DNA of 63,221 nucleotides, the filler included, from Bigelowiella natans CCMP2755 (lineage: Eukaryota > Protista > Cercozoa): the NCBI GenBank assembly GCA_000320545.1. It is 5 parts of 5 records of this genome, joined end to end, with 100 filler letters (N's around TTAATTAATTAA, not from the genome) between each part and the next. Parts side by side here need not be neighbours in the genome. Positions count along the whole stretch, not along the records: positions 1 to 28,579 come from ADNK01002765.1; 4 more parts are not named here. One strand, given 5' to 3'. Under the pieces are notes generated by a model. It had not been told where the DNA came from. It worked only from the letters and a program-made list of their open reading frames with translations, and did no database searches. This document shows positions 10,539 through 21,568 of the stretch, one piece after another (position 1 is the first letter of the stretch; every line of letters starts with the position of its first letter). A program made the translations under genes and the position numbers.

Positions 10539-11879
10539 CTATTTCATACCTGTATCAGCTTCAAGCAAAGTCTGTGACAATACTTTTCCATGCAAAGGAC
10601 TCCGAGGTCGATCAACTAGACTGACAGTTTTGGCTTTATTTTCTACTTCATTTGGGTTTGCTTGGGCACTGTAAATAACTCTAAAGGGATCTATATTGTA
10701 CACATAATCGTGTAAATGAATCATAATAAATATTACCGCGGCATAAGCAGCAGTAACGAGTGGTAGAGTAAGTGAAATCACTTCCAACCAAGTGAAATTT
10801 CGACAAGATTGGCAAGTAAAAGGGCTGCCAACTCTAAAAGTCGAGAAGTAGTCGGCGTTTCCAGGTCTAAAAACAACTGAAGGTCCAACGAATCGAAGAG
10901 AAGATTCTTCAGTGCACAGAGCCCGCCTCACCCAAGTTCGAATGTAATTGAAAACTACAGGATTTGTAATTTGAGCGTTGGATAGACTACCCAGCAGTTG
11001 AGGTGTATCATCATCTTCTTCATCTTCGAGTAATTCTTCAATTTCTGGGACGGTAGATATCTCCGACATAAAGGAATACGTGTTCGACCCTCCCCGACGA
11101 TCATTTTCAATACAATCAGTTCTATTCATGTAGCAACTTACTTCGACAAATGAATCTTCATCATTTCTAGGTGTTGGAAATTCCGAGGAAGGCAATGTAT
11201 TAACACTTGTTAGCGAAGGACAAAATGAAATTTCACCGTCGTCGTCGAAGATGGGATCCGTAAAACAGCAATCGGTAGTTTCATTACATGGTGATGGGTA
11301 CAAAGTTCTGAAAAATTCAGGAAGACCTTCACCATCACCCCATCGGGACGATTGCAACACTCTTATGCTGAAATTATCGCCGATGAGAGTTGCATCGACA
11401 TTTGTCTCACCTCGAGCTTCCCCCACAATGTTATGCTCACAGATGTACGTTGTGTTCTCCGTGGACTCAGAGAGGACAGCAAAGTTGTTTGCAATGGGAA
11501 GATATTTACAAGTGATACTTGTTGCGAACAGTCCAACTAAAGTGTGCACACTGTCAAGGTAATCGTTGCAAACGTTATCGTATCCGCTTCTTTGATTGAT
11601 CAATGAGGTGTCGCCTGCAAATCTGATCGACATGGGAGTGCCAGTGTGTGGGTCCAAAACGTTTGCTGAAAATGTGAGTTCCTCGACTTGGCATGAGGGA
11701 TCAGGTTGCTCATTGCGCACGTTCACACATATCTGTGTAGTAGTGTAATACGTCACCGCCAACGCAAGTACCAATACAAGTGTGGTAGCCAACAGCGCAT
11801 CCCCAGCAGGGTTTTCCCACTTGAAAGCAGGCCGCAAGACAGGTACTCGAATCAATCTGAGGCCAGTCGGAGTCCCCAT
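10539..11879 (-). CDS. Intronless 446-aa hypothetical protein with two TM helices flanking a Cys-rich ectodomain
   Basis: Single long ORF. Hydrophobic segments ALLATTLVLVLALAVTYY and WLEVISLTLPLVTAAYAAVIFIMIHL enclose many Cys residues and NxS/T sequons. Confidence 0.75.
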   Translation of the reverse strand: MGTPTGLRLIRVPVLRPAFKWENPAGDALLATTLVLVLALAVTYYTTTQICVNVRNEQPDPSCQVEELTFSANVLDPHTGTPMSIRFAGDTSLINQRSGYDNVCNDYLDSVHTLVGLFATSITCKYLPIANNFAVLSESTENTTYICEHNIVGEARGETNVDATLIGDNFSIRVLQSSRWGDGEGLPEFFRTLYPSPCNETTDCCFTDPIFDDDGEISFCPSLTSVNTLPSSEFPTPRNDEDSFVEVSCYMNRTDCIENDRRGGSNTYSFMSEISTVPEIEELLEDEEDDDTPQLLGSLSNAQITNPVVFNYIRTWVRRALCTEESSLRFVGPSVVFRPGNADYFSTFRVGSPFTCQSCRNFTWLEVISLTLPLVTAAYAAVIFIMIHLHDYVYNIDPFRVIYSAQANPNEVENKAKTVSLVDRPRSPLHGKVLSQTLLEADTGMK

Positions 11880-12828
11880 GGAGGAAATGCAGAATGTTTG
11901 AATCCAAGCGGCCTTTGGTTTGCGGGTGCGACATGCACACGATCGAGTCGCAAGATGAGACTACGTCTCCAAGCAGCCTTTCGTTTGTGAGCGCGACATG
12001 CACATCATCGAGTCGCGATGTGAGACTGCGTAAATGATGACTTTGTTTTGGTTCAGATGCAAGTGTGGAGGGAAAAAATGGTGAGAGTTCATTTTCGGCT
12101 TCACAATTTTGTTCGAGTTGCTCTGGCGCTCTTTTTGCGCGATGAACATGATTCAACTATGAAGTTGCTGAAGTCATCGAGATTCCAATCCTTTGAGAAC
12201 CTTCAACTCCCAATGGTTTCCCAGATTTCAACACTGCACACATGCCACCAAGTTCAACGGGAACAACCTCACTGTTGCACACAACGACAAAGCTCGATTT
12301 GGAGCATTTGCAGTTGAACTGTTCGACCTGTGTTCACACTTCACGATTCCGTGCAACACTCCAGGGACCCCGCATCAGTCCAACATCCCAGCTAGCCAGT
12401 CTAGTAGTGGTTCTCTCTGCTGCATCAACACCAGCTTGTCTGACTTCGCAAGCTGGCTAGCTGTGCTGGGAGCCCACGCATTGATGATTCACGGTTGATG
12501 TGTAACAGTGACGTGAAAATCATGCACAGCATCAGAACACGTGTTGAATGGCATCGCAGTCAGAACTCACAGCCACCAGTTTTCTGGTTTTCAACCAGAG
12601 GTTCTAGGGTGAGAGCGCAGCCGGACAACAATCCCTGTTTGACTGCCGCACAAAGACCACGTGCAAAAATCTGGACATGTTTGTTTGTATTTTGTAGATG
12701 AAAATGCACGTCACAAAATCAGGCTGCAAATTACTTTGATGATAATCGAGCAGTTTTCAACAGCATGCATTTAATTAAGACTAGAAACTGAACTATTGAG
12801 ACGTTTATCTGTGATGAACCACATTGCT

Positions 12829-13913
12829 TCAGAAGGATCCATGGGCGAGAAATGAACATTGTAGATTCCGGTATGAGTTCTCGGGAAAAGGGCCTGGAGA
12901 ATCAAGATATGTCATTACAATCTTAATAAACTAGAAATACATATGCAAATGTTTAACAAATCAACAAGGTACTGTAAATGGGAAAATATACCTGTCCATT
13001 CATGAGCAAACTACTGACGTATGAGAATGTACTTGGTGACATAATTAAGATGTCAGATTTCACAAGGCTAATAAAATCTGATAGCATTCCAACAGCTTTG
13101 TCAATATGTAAAACCACATCTGTTTGCCCGGCAAGTTCTGCAAAATCCGCAGGATCCCCCTCTGAGTAAACATGGAAAAGAAACTTCTTCCCTTCCGATC
13201 TAAGCTGTCTTCTTACTTCATTCATTATTTCTATAAAGGTTGCCATATAGACGAACCGAGGTTTAGCCGGTGTAACATCACCCCTTCGAATATGCACACC
13301 AACATTTATGTGATCACGAGGGTGATCAATAGGTTTTACTCCTAGTGACTTCATACCCTTGAACAAAGCTTCGCGTATTTGTGTTTTTATACATGGGTTC
13401 CAGTTTTGAAGGATCGTACGAGCAATGTTATGTCGTGTCTTAGAGACAAAGTTCGGATAAATTCCACAACGATAGCAACTATTTCCTGCTGCTAGACCAA
13501 TGGCAGCATTGCATTCGGTAATATTTACCCAATGGGCCATAGTGGCAAATTCGCTGTGACAATAGTCCAACCCTTTGGAAGCTGCCGCAGTCATAGCTTC
13601 CAGAACATATTCATATTGGGCACCGAACCCATCAATTCGGGACCCAGCTGTTATACATCTTTCCGTGAAGCTGTTTAAATCAACAATCATAAGAGTTAGC
13701 TAGGCATCAATCGTGTAATATGCATTACCGAGGAACTACGTTTGCAGTCGAGCAGCCATTATTTCCAACCACGAACTTTACATAGTTATTGCCATCTCCT
13801 AGGTCCGGAACTCTCACACCTCCAGTTCTAATTCCCGACTGGAGAAGCATGTCAGGTTCCTTCCAAGCTGCCCAACAGAGGTGCAGCATCGAAAGGAGGA
13901 GCACAACCATCAT
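12829..13913 (-). CDS. Secretory-pathway glycosyltransferase, GT11 (alpha-1,2-fucosyltransferase)-like
   Basis: Signal peptide MMVVLLLSMLHLCWA in exon ~13728-13913. The main exon has DGFGAQY, VGVHIRRGD (HxRRxD GDP-fucose motif), FHVYSEG and DILIMSPSTFSY. A probable short last exon ends near 12829. Confidence 0.75.
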
Positions 13914-14238
13914 GGGTAGAGATTGGGTAATGAGGAAATTATAGTCACAGAAATTTGTCACAAATACAGAAAATTGTCACAAGTACTATGTGAGTTGGAG
14001 GAGATTTGATAGTCGCGACAACCCCTGCTACCCTTGTTCAAAGTAAAATAACTGCAGCATCGCCAATGCAGCATCGAGAGAAACACCAAGCTCGCCGGGC
14101 ACTCCATCCCGATTTTTTAAAGATGAAAAAAAAATTGTTGGAAAATCGCGGGATATTTATCATCATGGCAAACATTCCATTCTGTCCCGATTTTTTAAGA
14201 TGACTAAAAAAATACATTTCGCATCAAAGCACCAAATA

Positions 14239-17200
14239 ATGGCTTCCAAAAAGGTGCAGCAGCTTTCAGATGTAAACATGGTACACGGTCTAACTACGAA
14301 TTTGGGCATATATTGCCTTTGCTTAGAAAGTGGAAAAGGCAGATGTGAATGTCTGCGTGCGAATCCGTCCTCTGAACAGGTTAGAGAAGAGGACCGGACA
14401 GGTACATGTACTCAAGAGATTCTATGAAATGTCCTTTGTTTGATTTGATAAGCAAGTGACAAATGGATCCTTAGTGTGCAGCTAGCTACATGCTATCTAA
14501 TTTTCTATGGTCCTATGGTAGGTTGAAGCATGGTCATATCAAAATAATCAAATTTATTTGACGGCCCAGCCAAAGGCAAAAGCCTTGAAAGCAAGATTCA
14601 AAGATACATTTTTCACAGTAGACACAGTTTTCTCGCCATCGACTTCAAATGTCCAGGTATAGTCTAACAAATAACATTTTAAATCATGTCAATATTAACA
14701 TTTAAATTTCAAACTTAGGTGTTCGATTCTATGGGAAGCAAAATACTGTCAGGTGTCATGAGGGGTTTTCATGGATGTATATTTGCATATGGACAAACAT
14801 CTTCAGGTCCAATGATCTATCAAATGAATACCGACGGTGGGTATATAGTGCTATTTGACTTTTTCACCTTATCAGGAAAGACCTTTAGCATCCACGGATC
14901 CCCTGAACAACCCGGAATCGTTCCTCAGGTTTGACGAAGCAATTCGAATGTGTCGTAGCTACCACATAATCACAAAATATTTAGGCTGTCAAATACGTGT
15001 TTGATTATATTGAAGAGCACCCAAATCGCGAATTCGTACTCCGAGTTAGTTACCTGGAGATTTACAATGAAATTATCAATGATCTTTTGAATCCATCGTC
15101 TACAAGGTTAAAGGTTTGGACCATATCTATTACTTATTATTTTTCAATAAAACTCACATAATTCATACAGATCAGGGAAAATAGAACGAACGGTGTATAT
15201 GTTGAAGGACTAAAACAAGAGGTTGTAATGAGCGCAGAACAAGTAAGTTTGAATAGTTTCAATATATCTTTAGTCTCAAATGTGTGTACACCCAAAGGTC
15301 CTTGCTTTGATTGCCGCTGGAGAATCCCATCGGCATATTGGACGAACAAATTACAATGAAGTGTCGTCTAGATCACACACTCTTTTTCGACTAATAGTCG
15401 AAAGCTCCTCAATAGACAGAAAGACACGGAAATCTAGGTACTACATTTTACTCGAATGATCCAAGGTTTAAAGGGCTATTTTTCGTTCTTCAGAATCTTA
15501 AAATCATGTTTAAATATTGTTGATCTGGCGGGCTCAGAGAACGCTGTGAAGGCAGGTCCCTGCATAGTTAATTGTTTTCATCACAGTCAATGCATACATG
15601 GACATAAAATTATAATCCACAAAAACAGGAAATTCAAAGCGAGTCAAGGAGACTGGGTTCATCAATAAGTCCCTCTTAACTCTTGGTAATAAATGATACA
15701 CAGATGCTTATTTTTTGAAAAATATGACTCTTGATTCTTAGGGCATGTAATATATAAACTAAGCGAAAAGACAAGAGGCCATATCCCGTAATAGATTTTC
15801 ATTTGTTGTGCCTGCGCGAGATTTCACAGCCTATATTTGTCTTGGTGTGTAGGTATCGCGACTCTAAGCTTACCCGTATTTTGCAGAGCAGCCTCAATGG
15901 AAGATCGTAACATATTATTTTGACTTACGATCAAGTGCATTCTAAGCTTTACTGCCATATCTCACAGGTTTGTATCTATAATATGTTGCCTATCTCCGGC
16001 AACATCGAACATTGAGGAGAGTGCTCAGACTCTTAAATTTGCTACTCGTGCCAAGCGTATTAAAAACACTGTCGGTATAAACGAAAAGATTGACGAAGCT
16101 ACTCTCTTGGAGAAGTAATTGCACATTGCAATGAGAGAAGCCTCAGATATAAAGGTATTTTTATTTTACAGATACCGAGAGGAGATTACAAAATTAAAAA
16201 AGGATCTTGCCGAGGTGAAACCAAACTTTATTTCTTAAACTTGAACATTCTCACATATGTTGGTGTGCAGGCTCAAAGTAAGGTCAAAGCTGCCCAGGTC
16301 AGTATTAAAGGACCAAAAAAGATAAAATATATTTTACTAAGCGTTCACAATGCAGGATGACACCAAGACCATTGTTGATCCAGCGGCAATGCGAAAACTA
16401 CAAGAAGAACGAGAAGAATATATCCAGGTTAAATCTTTCGATATACCCTGAATGAACATCCTTTTATAAAGGAAGAGAAAAAGCCTTAGGAAACTAAAAT
16501 AATGCTCTCAGAGAATTGAGCAATTAGAGCGTATTATTCTTACGTCGTCAAAGGTAATTGTTTTATATATTTTTCTTCGTGTAAGCGGAGTTCTAATATT
16601 GTTTATATTAGACCCAACGTCACCATGAGGCTTCAGTACAGGGTCTACATCTCGATCCCAGGGGGTAACTATATCAAAAATTCCACCATTCAGTTTATAA
16701 TATTTCTAAATCAAGGTCATTCAAATCTGGAACCTTTGGAAGAACACGTGCACATAGGACTCGTTCGTGTTACACAATGCCGAAATCCTTCTTCCAAGCT
16801 CTTGCAAAGGTTGAATACAACATTATCGTACATAGTAGTTTAATAGAATATAAAACCAACATATGTAGTGAATTAGTATAAGAACAAGACATCGCAAATA
16901 GGCTCCCATGGAGGCTGATTATACAGAAAAGGAAGATGAAAAAGACCCAACAAGGTAGTATTTCTCTGATGCCAAATTGTATAAGATCTTAATCGTTTTC
17001 AACTTTGGCAGTGCAAAAGCTTTAAACACATTCGAATTCAAGCCACAATTGAATTCAGGCGAAAACAATGTATGTAAACCAAATTTGCATCGTAATAGAT
17101 GGAGGAACCGAAAATCTTTATATCTAACCATAGATTGCGCAAGTGTCTAAAGAGCTGGCTGAAATGAAAAATACTATTCAGGATCTCAAGCAGCAACTGA

Positions 17201-17554
17201 AAGTGATTATTTTGAAATGCGCATACATTCGTTTTTAACATTTATGTTTATTAGCAAAAGGATAACCTAATAAAAAAGATGAGAAAAGAAGTTAACAAGC
17301 TTCGGTCGGAGGTTGAAGAAAGGGTAGTGTGGCACTTCTATTTTGCGAAATATTTAGTTTAAGGACGTATTTTCTAGGACGAGGCATTGAAAGAATGGGA
17401 AGCGTTTTGGCAAGCCGAATCCAATGTCCAAGCTGAATTAGATGCCCGAGGAAATGGTGAAAATGGTGTAACTAATAATGGCCCTGAATCCAGAAAATCT
17501 GATTTGCTTGCAACAGCCGATGCAGACTTTGGCGCTCCTTTGGTCCAAATTTAG
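14239..17554 (+). CDS. Kinesin, kinesin-7 (CENP-E-like) family, about 20 short introns
   Basis: Motor motifs [20 protein letters not shown]|GKT (P-loop), [23 protein letters not shown] (switch I), [10 protein letters not shown] (switch II) and HIP|[11 protein letters not shown]. These are followed by [22 protein letters not shown] and a coiled-coil tail. Confidence 0.93.
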
Positions 17555-17699
17555 ATTGCAAACGTAAATAATGAGCATCACTTAAACGAATTTTGGAATA
17601 AACAAAGGCATCTTAAAAGTCCAAATTATTCACATTGTGATGAAATTCGTGGACAATAAAAACAACAATGCAAGAACTTGCATGTTCTCCACGAAAATC

Positions 17700-18350
17700 A
17701 TGCTCGCACGCTAGCACGTAGATGATGCCTAAATTCGATGTTGGCTGCATGCTAGCATGTGTAGAACCCTACAACTCAATCACATGCATTTCTAGATCTA
17801 GAATGCCTAGCCATAGCTAGATAGCTAGAATGCGTGTGTGCGCTCAGTGAGCTAGTAAGCTCACAGACGTCAAAATCTAAAAATGCATTGACGTGCAGCA
17901 TGCCAGCTCTAGACTAGTAGAGCTAGCCAGCATGTCTAGCTAGCTAGTTAGCATGTGCACATCTAGACATCTCCACTTCTCCACATCTGAACAGACACAT
18001 CCGACATCCCTAGCTAGCTAGCTAGCTAGATCCCCAAATCTAGAGATCTCTAGCTAGCTAGATCCACTCTAGCACTACTAGCTAGTTGGTCTAACTGCTA
18101 GAGCTAGCTAGTCCATCCATCCCACAGCGCAAAGTTGAAAATTTCAACAATTTTGCTGCATTGTTAGATTTGGAGATCAGCTAGCAGTGCTAGCTAGCTA
18201 GAGTAGCTAGGTCTAGAGCTAGAGAGGTTGCAAGCCATTCCATCAATGTGCTGAGTTGAGCATGCTAGCACGCCTGCGATCTCAGAACTACACACATGAA
18301 TGTTGGAGACTCCGATGTGCTCTAATGCAGACTAAATATGCATGTATAGG
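17700..18350. repeat. CTAG/GCTAGC/TGCA/CATG-rich low-complexity intergenic spacer
   Basis: Dense (CTAG)n runs, e.g. near 18010-18030, and few CpG. Lies between the convergent kinesin and G-beta 3' ends. Confidence 0.75.
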
Positions 18351-18558
18351 TGCCTCGAAGCAAAGCAGGCAGGCAAGTATCGGACAATTTATCACACTAC
18401 AACTGAATTACTGCTGTCACAACTACTGCATCTAACTACATTTGACGCGTAAACTTGATATTTAATTTGTTCTGTCACATACAAAACAACTGATGAAGTG
18501 GCACAAAGCAAGGGATTCTGCGGAGAATTTCTATTATCAAATTCACGTGATCCAAAGT

Positions 18559-19680
18559 CTATGATGAATATATTCGCAATTCCATATCCCATCCACCAGT
18601 ACACAAAGCGTCGCCTCTCTTATTGATTCCAAGAGTGCTAATTCGATCTTCATGGTCTTGAATATCTTGTGAAATTTTTGCAGTTTTTGTGTCCCACATT
18701 GAACAGCGAGCACTTCCATACCCTGCAAAAAGATGACTACCTGTCCTTGAGAACGCAATCGATGTAACTGGAGAGGCATTCTTGGTGTCCTCTATGTCAC
18801 CGTATTTTTGAATTTGCTTTGCAGCCCTTATGTCATATAGCCTACAAGTGGAGTCTTCTGAAGCAGTGGCAAAAGCTCGTCCAGTAGGGAAGAAATCTAC
18901 AGAGTTTACATCTCCAGAATGTCCTGCAAATGTTTGTACTTTTGGATCTTTCGATCGAGAATCCCACAAAATAGCTTTACGATCACAAGAACCAGAAACA
19001 AAAGTACCATTAGCCTCAGTATGGGCAATGCACATAACATCTAATGAGTGTCCAGTAAACGTCGTGGTTCGCGTTTTTTGCTCTACATCCCACAATATGC
19101 ATGTTTGATCTCCGGAAGAAGTCAGCATTTTATTGTCGTTAAGAAAATGACAGGACGATAGGTAACCATCATGACCAGAAAGCTCGGCACGTGGTGTACG
19201 TTTCGAATATTCACCCTGGGTTTCTGGTATTGGATACACAGTACAGAGATTGTCTAAACCACCCGATGCAGCAAACCGCTGGGTTGGAGAAAATGCACAG
19301 GTCATGACCCATGTTGATCGTAATGGAATCACGTGCACTTTAGTAAGAAAGTATGCATCCCATACAATTAATTTTCCATCTTGAGATGCACTGACTAAGT
19401 TATAGGTTTCTTCAGATCCCCACTGCATAGCAGATATTTTCCCATAGTGTCCCTTTAAATGGCGTCTGTTTTCGATGTAAGATGAACAATAAGGTCACTA
19501 TAATCATTACCTTGTTTTGTCAACATTGTAGGCACTAACCTTTTCTGCAAATTTCCGGGTATGGTTTTCTTTTCCCCCAAGTGGGTATCTAATGGTTGCT
19601 CTTTATCGTTGTAGTATGAAAGCTCTCTAAGTTCCGCAATCTTCTTTCTCAAGTCTTCAATTTGAGCAAGGAGTTCCTTC
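18559..19680 (-). CDS. GNB: Heterotrimeric G-protein beta subunit (WD40)
   Basis: N-terminal coiled coil KELLAQIEDLRKKI, one intron, then RRHLKGHYGKISAMQW, LVSASQDGKLIVWD, IPLRSTWVMTCAF, ASGGLDNLCTVY, LSGHDGYLSSCHF and TSSGDQTCILWD. The first exon and start codon are not resolved. Confidence 0.93.
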
Positions 19681-20437
19681 TATTATATGGTAAATTTCAG
19701 AGTAAGTGATCATGACGGGCATTATGAGCAGGAAAGTGCGGAATAACACATATAGTCAAAGTGGTCATAATCGAATTGTAGTTTCGATGAAGTCCTCGAT
19801 TATATGAAACTTTATCTGAGTACACCGAGGCGTATTTCACCAGAAGATATTGCAGCATGTATTAATGGGATTCTTTCTCAAACATTTTCATCCAAAAGAA
19901 GAAAATGTAACAGGAATTCAATGAAAAGAGTAAGGACGCGGTAGCGAAGTAGTATTTATTTTGGCAATTTCATTCCAAAAGCGATATCTTCCCTCGAGAT
20001 ACCAGTATTCTTCTAAAGACATAACCAACGGGTAGGTTGTGCAGTTTATAGACCTCCTCATGTGGGTGATCCCCACCGGTGGTGTCCATCGAAACAAATC
20101 TGTACTTTGCCGACAAAATAAAAGTTCATACGTTTAGTACTCGTGCCGTGTACCAACAACACAAATGCAGGGGGTATTTCTTCATTTGATATATTTCGCG
20201 CGATATCCGACAAAAACACCCGTTGGTCTTGTAAGCCGAGAAGGAACATCAACAATGATTTATTTTTGTGTGCGAATGCGATTGGTGACCTGGACAAAGT
20301 AATTCAGGAACAACGCGCGAGGATGGGGGGGGGGAGACGACAAAACGAGCCCGAATTATTGTTGCCCTCAGAAGAATTATTTTTTCGGGACTAAAGATGA
20401 CTCGGAACAAACTTTAATAATTAAAATTTCGGTCCTC

Positions 20438-21519
20438 ATGGAAGTATTCCGTGAGCGAGCGGAGCGAGCGGGATTATCTGTGTTCCTTTTGAGAGCATAG
20501 GAAGTAACCATAGCAGACCAGCAGGAGTACTGACTACTCACGATACTGAAGAATGCAGCACTGGCCTCAACGAATCGTCGAACAAATCGGATACAATTAA
20601 GGTAGCCATGTAGTGCGAGCATGCATGAAATAAAGAGGGAAATGATATCAAAAATGTACTGCAAACAGAACGCTCCATGACACAAATTAAACTTGGTTTC
20701 ATCAGTGCGTCGTATTTTATGGTAACGTAGAATAAGTCTGTGACTTACCCACCTGCAATGGATGCAACACATCCAACGTACAAGATTGCAGAGGTGCTCA
20801 TGCGAGGCTTGCGAAAGTAATCACATTCATTCCACGTTTCACTGTTAAAACTATCACTGGCGTGAAACTGAGTTAATTGTAGACTTTATGGACTTTATGA
20901 GGAGAATCCCTACGATACGAAGAAGCGTGTCATAGTAACTGTGGAACAGTTTGAGGATGATGCTCCGACTAAATATATTTTGAAAAAGTACATCTCTCGC
21001 ATTTAATTGTGATAACTGCATGCAGGTGTTTTTAATGAAGATATTTTTAGCAAATTCAAAAAAGATAAAATGACAATGAACCTAGTTGCATTTCATCCAA
21101 CGCTATTCAAAGAAATTCGGGAAATGTTCAACCTGGAGAACGCATTTGATGAGTTCGTATTTCGTCAAAAGGTTGGCGATTTTAAGGTACTTATGTAACT
21201 ATAATTTTACATATAAATTTATATTAGCATCTAACTCTACAAGTAATTTCTTATCAGGCTCGCGTATCACCGTACCAACGAACTTCCAACTGTCATTTTT
21301 TTTACTCTAAACAAAGAAAATTTCTCATCAAGACTATCAGAGTTTGTTAATGTTTCTTGATTGTAGAAATGAGATTTCAATTAATTAACAATTGGTTGTT
21401 TAGGATTCGGAGTCGCAACTTCTGCATAGTCTGACACAGCCGTACTCGGGACATATGAAGAAAAATAAAGAATCATTTTTACAAAAGATACTGGTAAGAT
21501 AGCGTAAATATAATATATG

Positions 21520-21568
<49 letters not shown>

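Noticed and set aside
17700-18350. CTAG-rich tract as a telomeric, centromeric or transposon element
   Set aside because: I saw no fixed repeat unit, terminal inverted repeats, target-site duplication or transposase remnant. It is kept only as a compositional finding.
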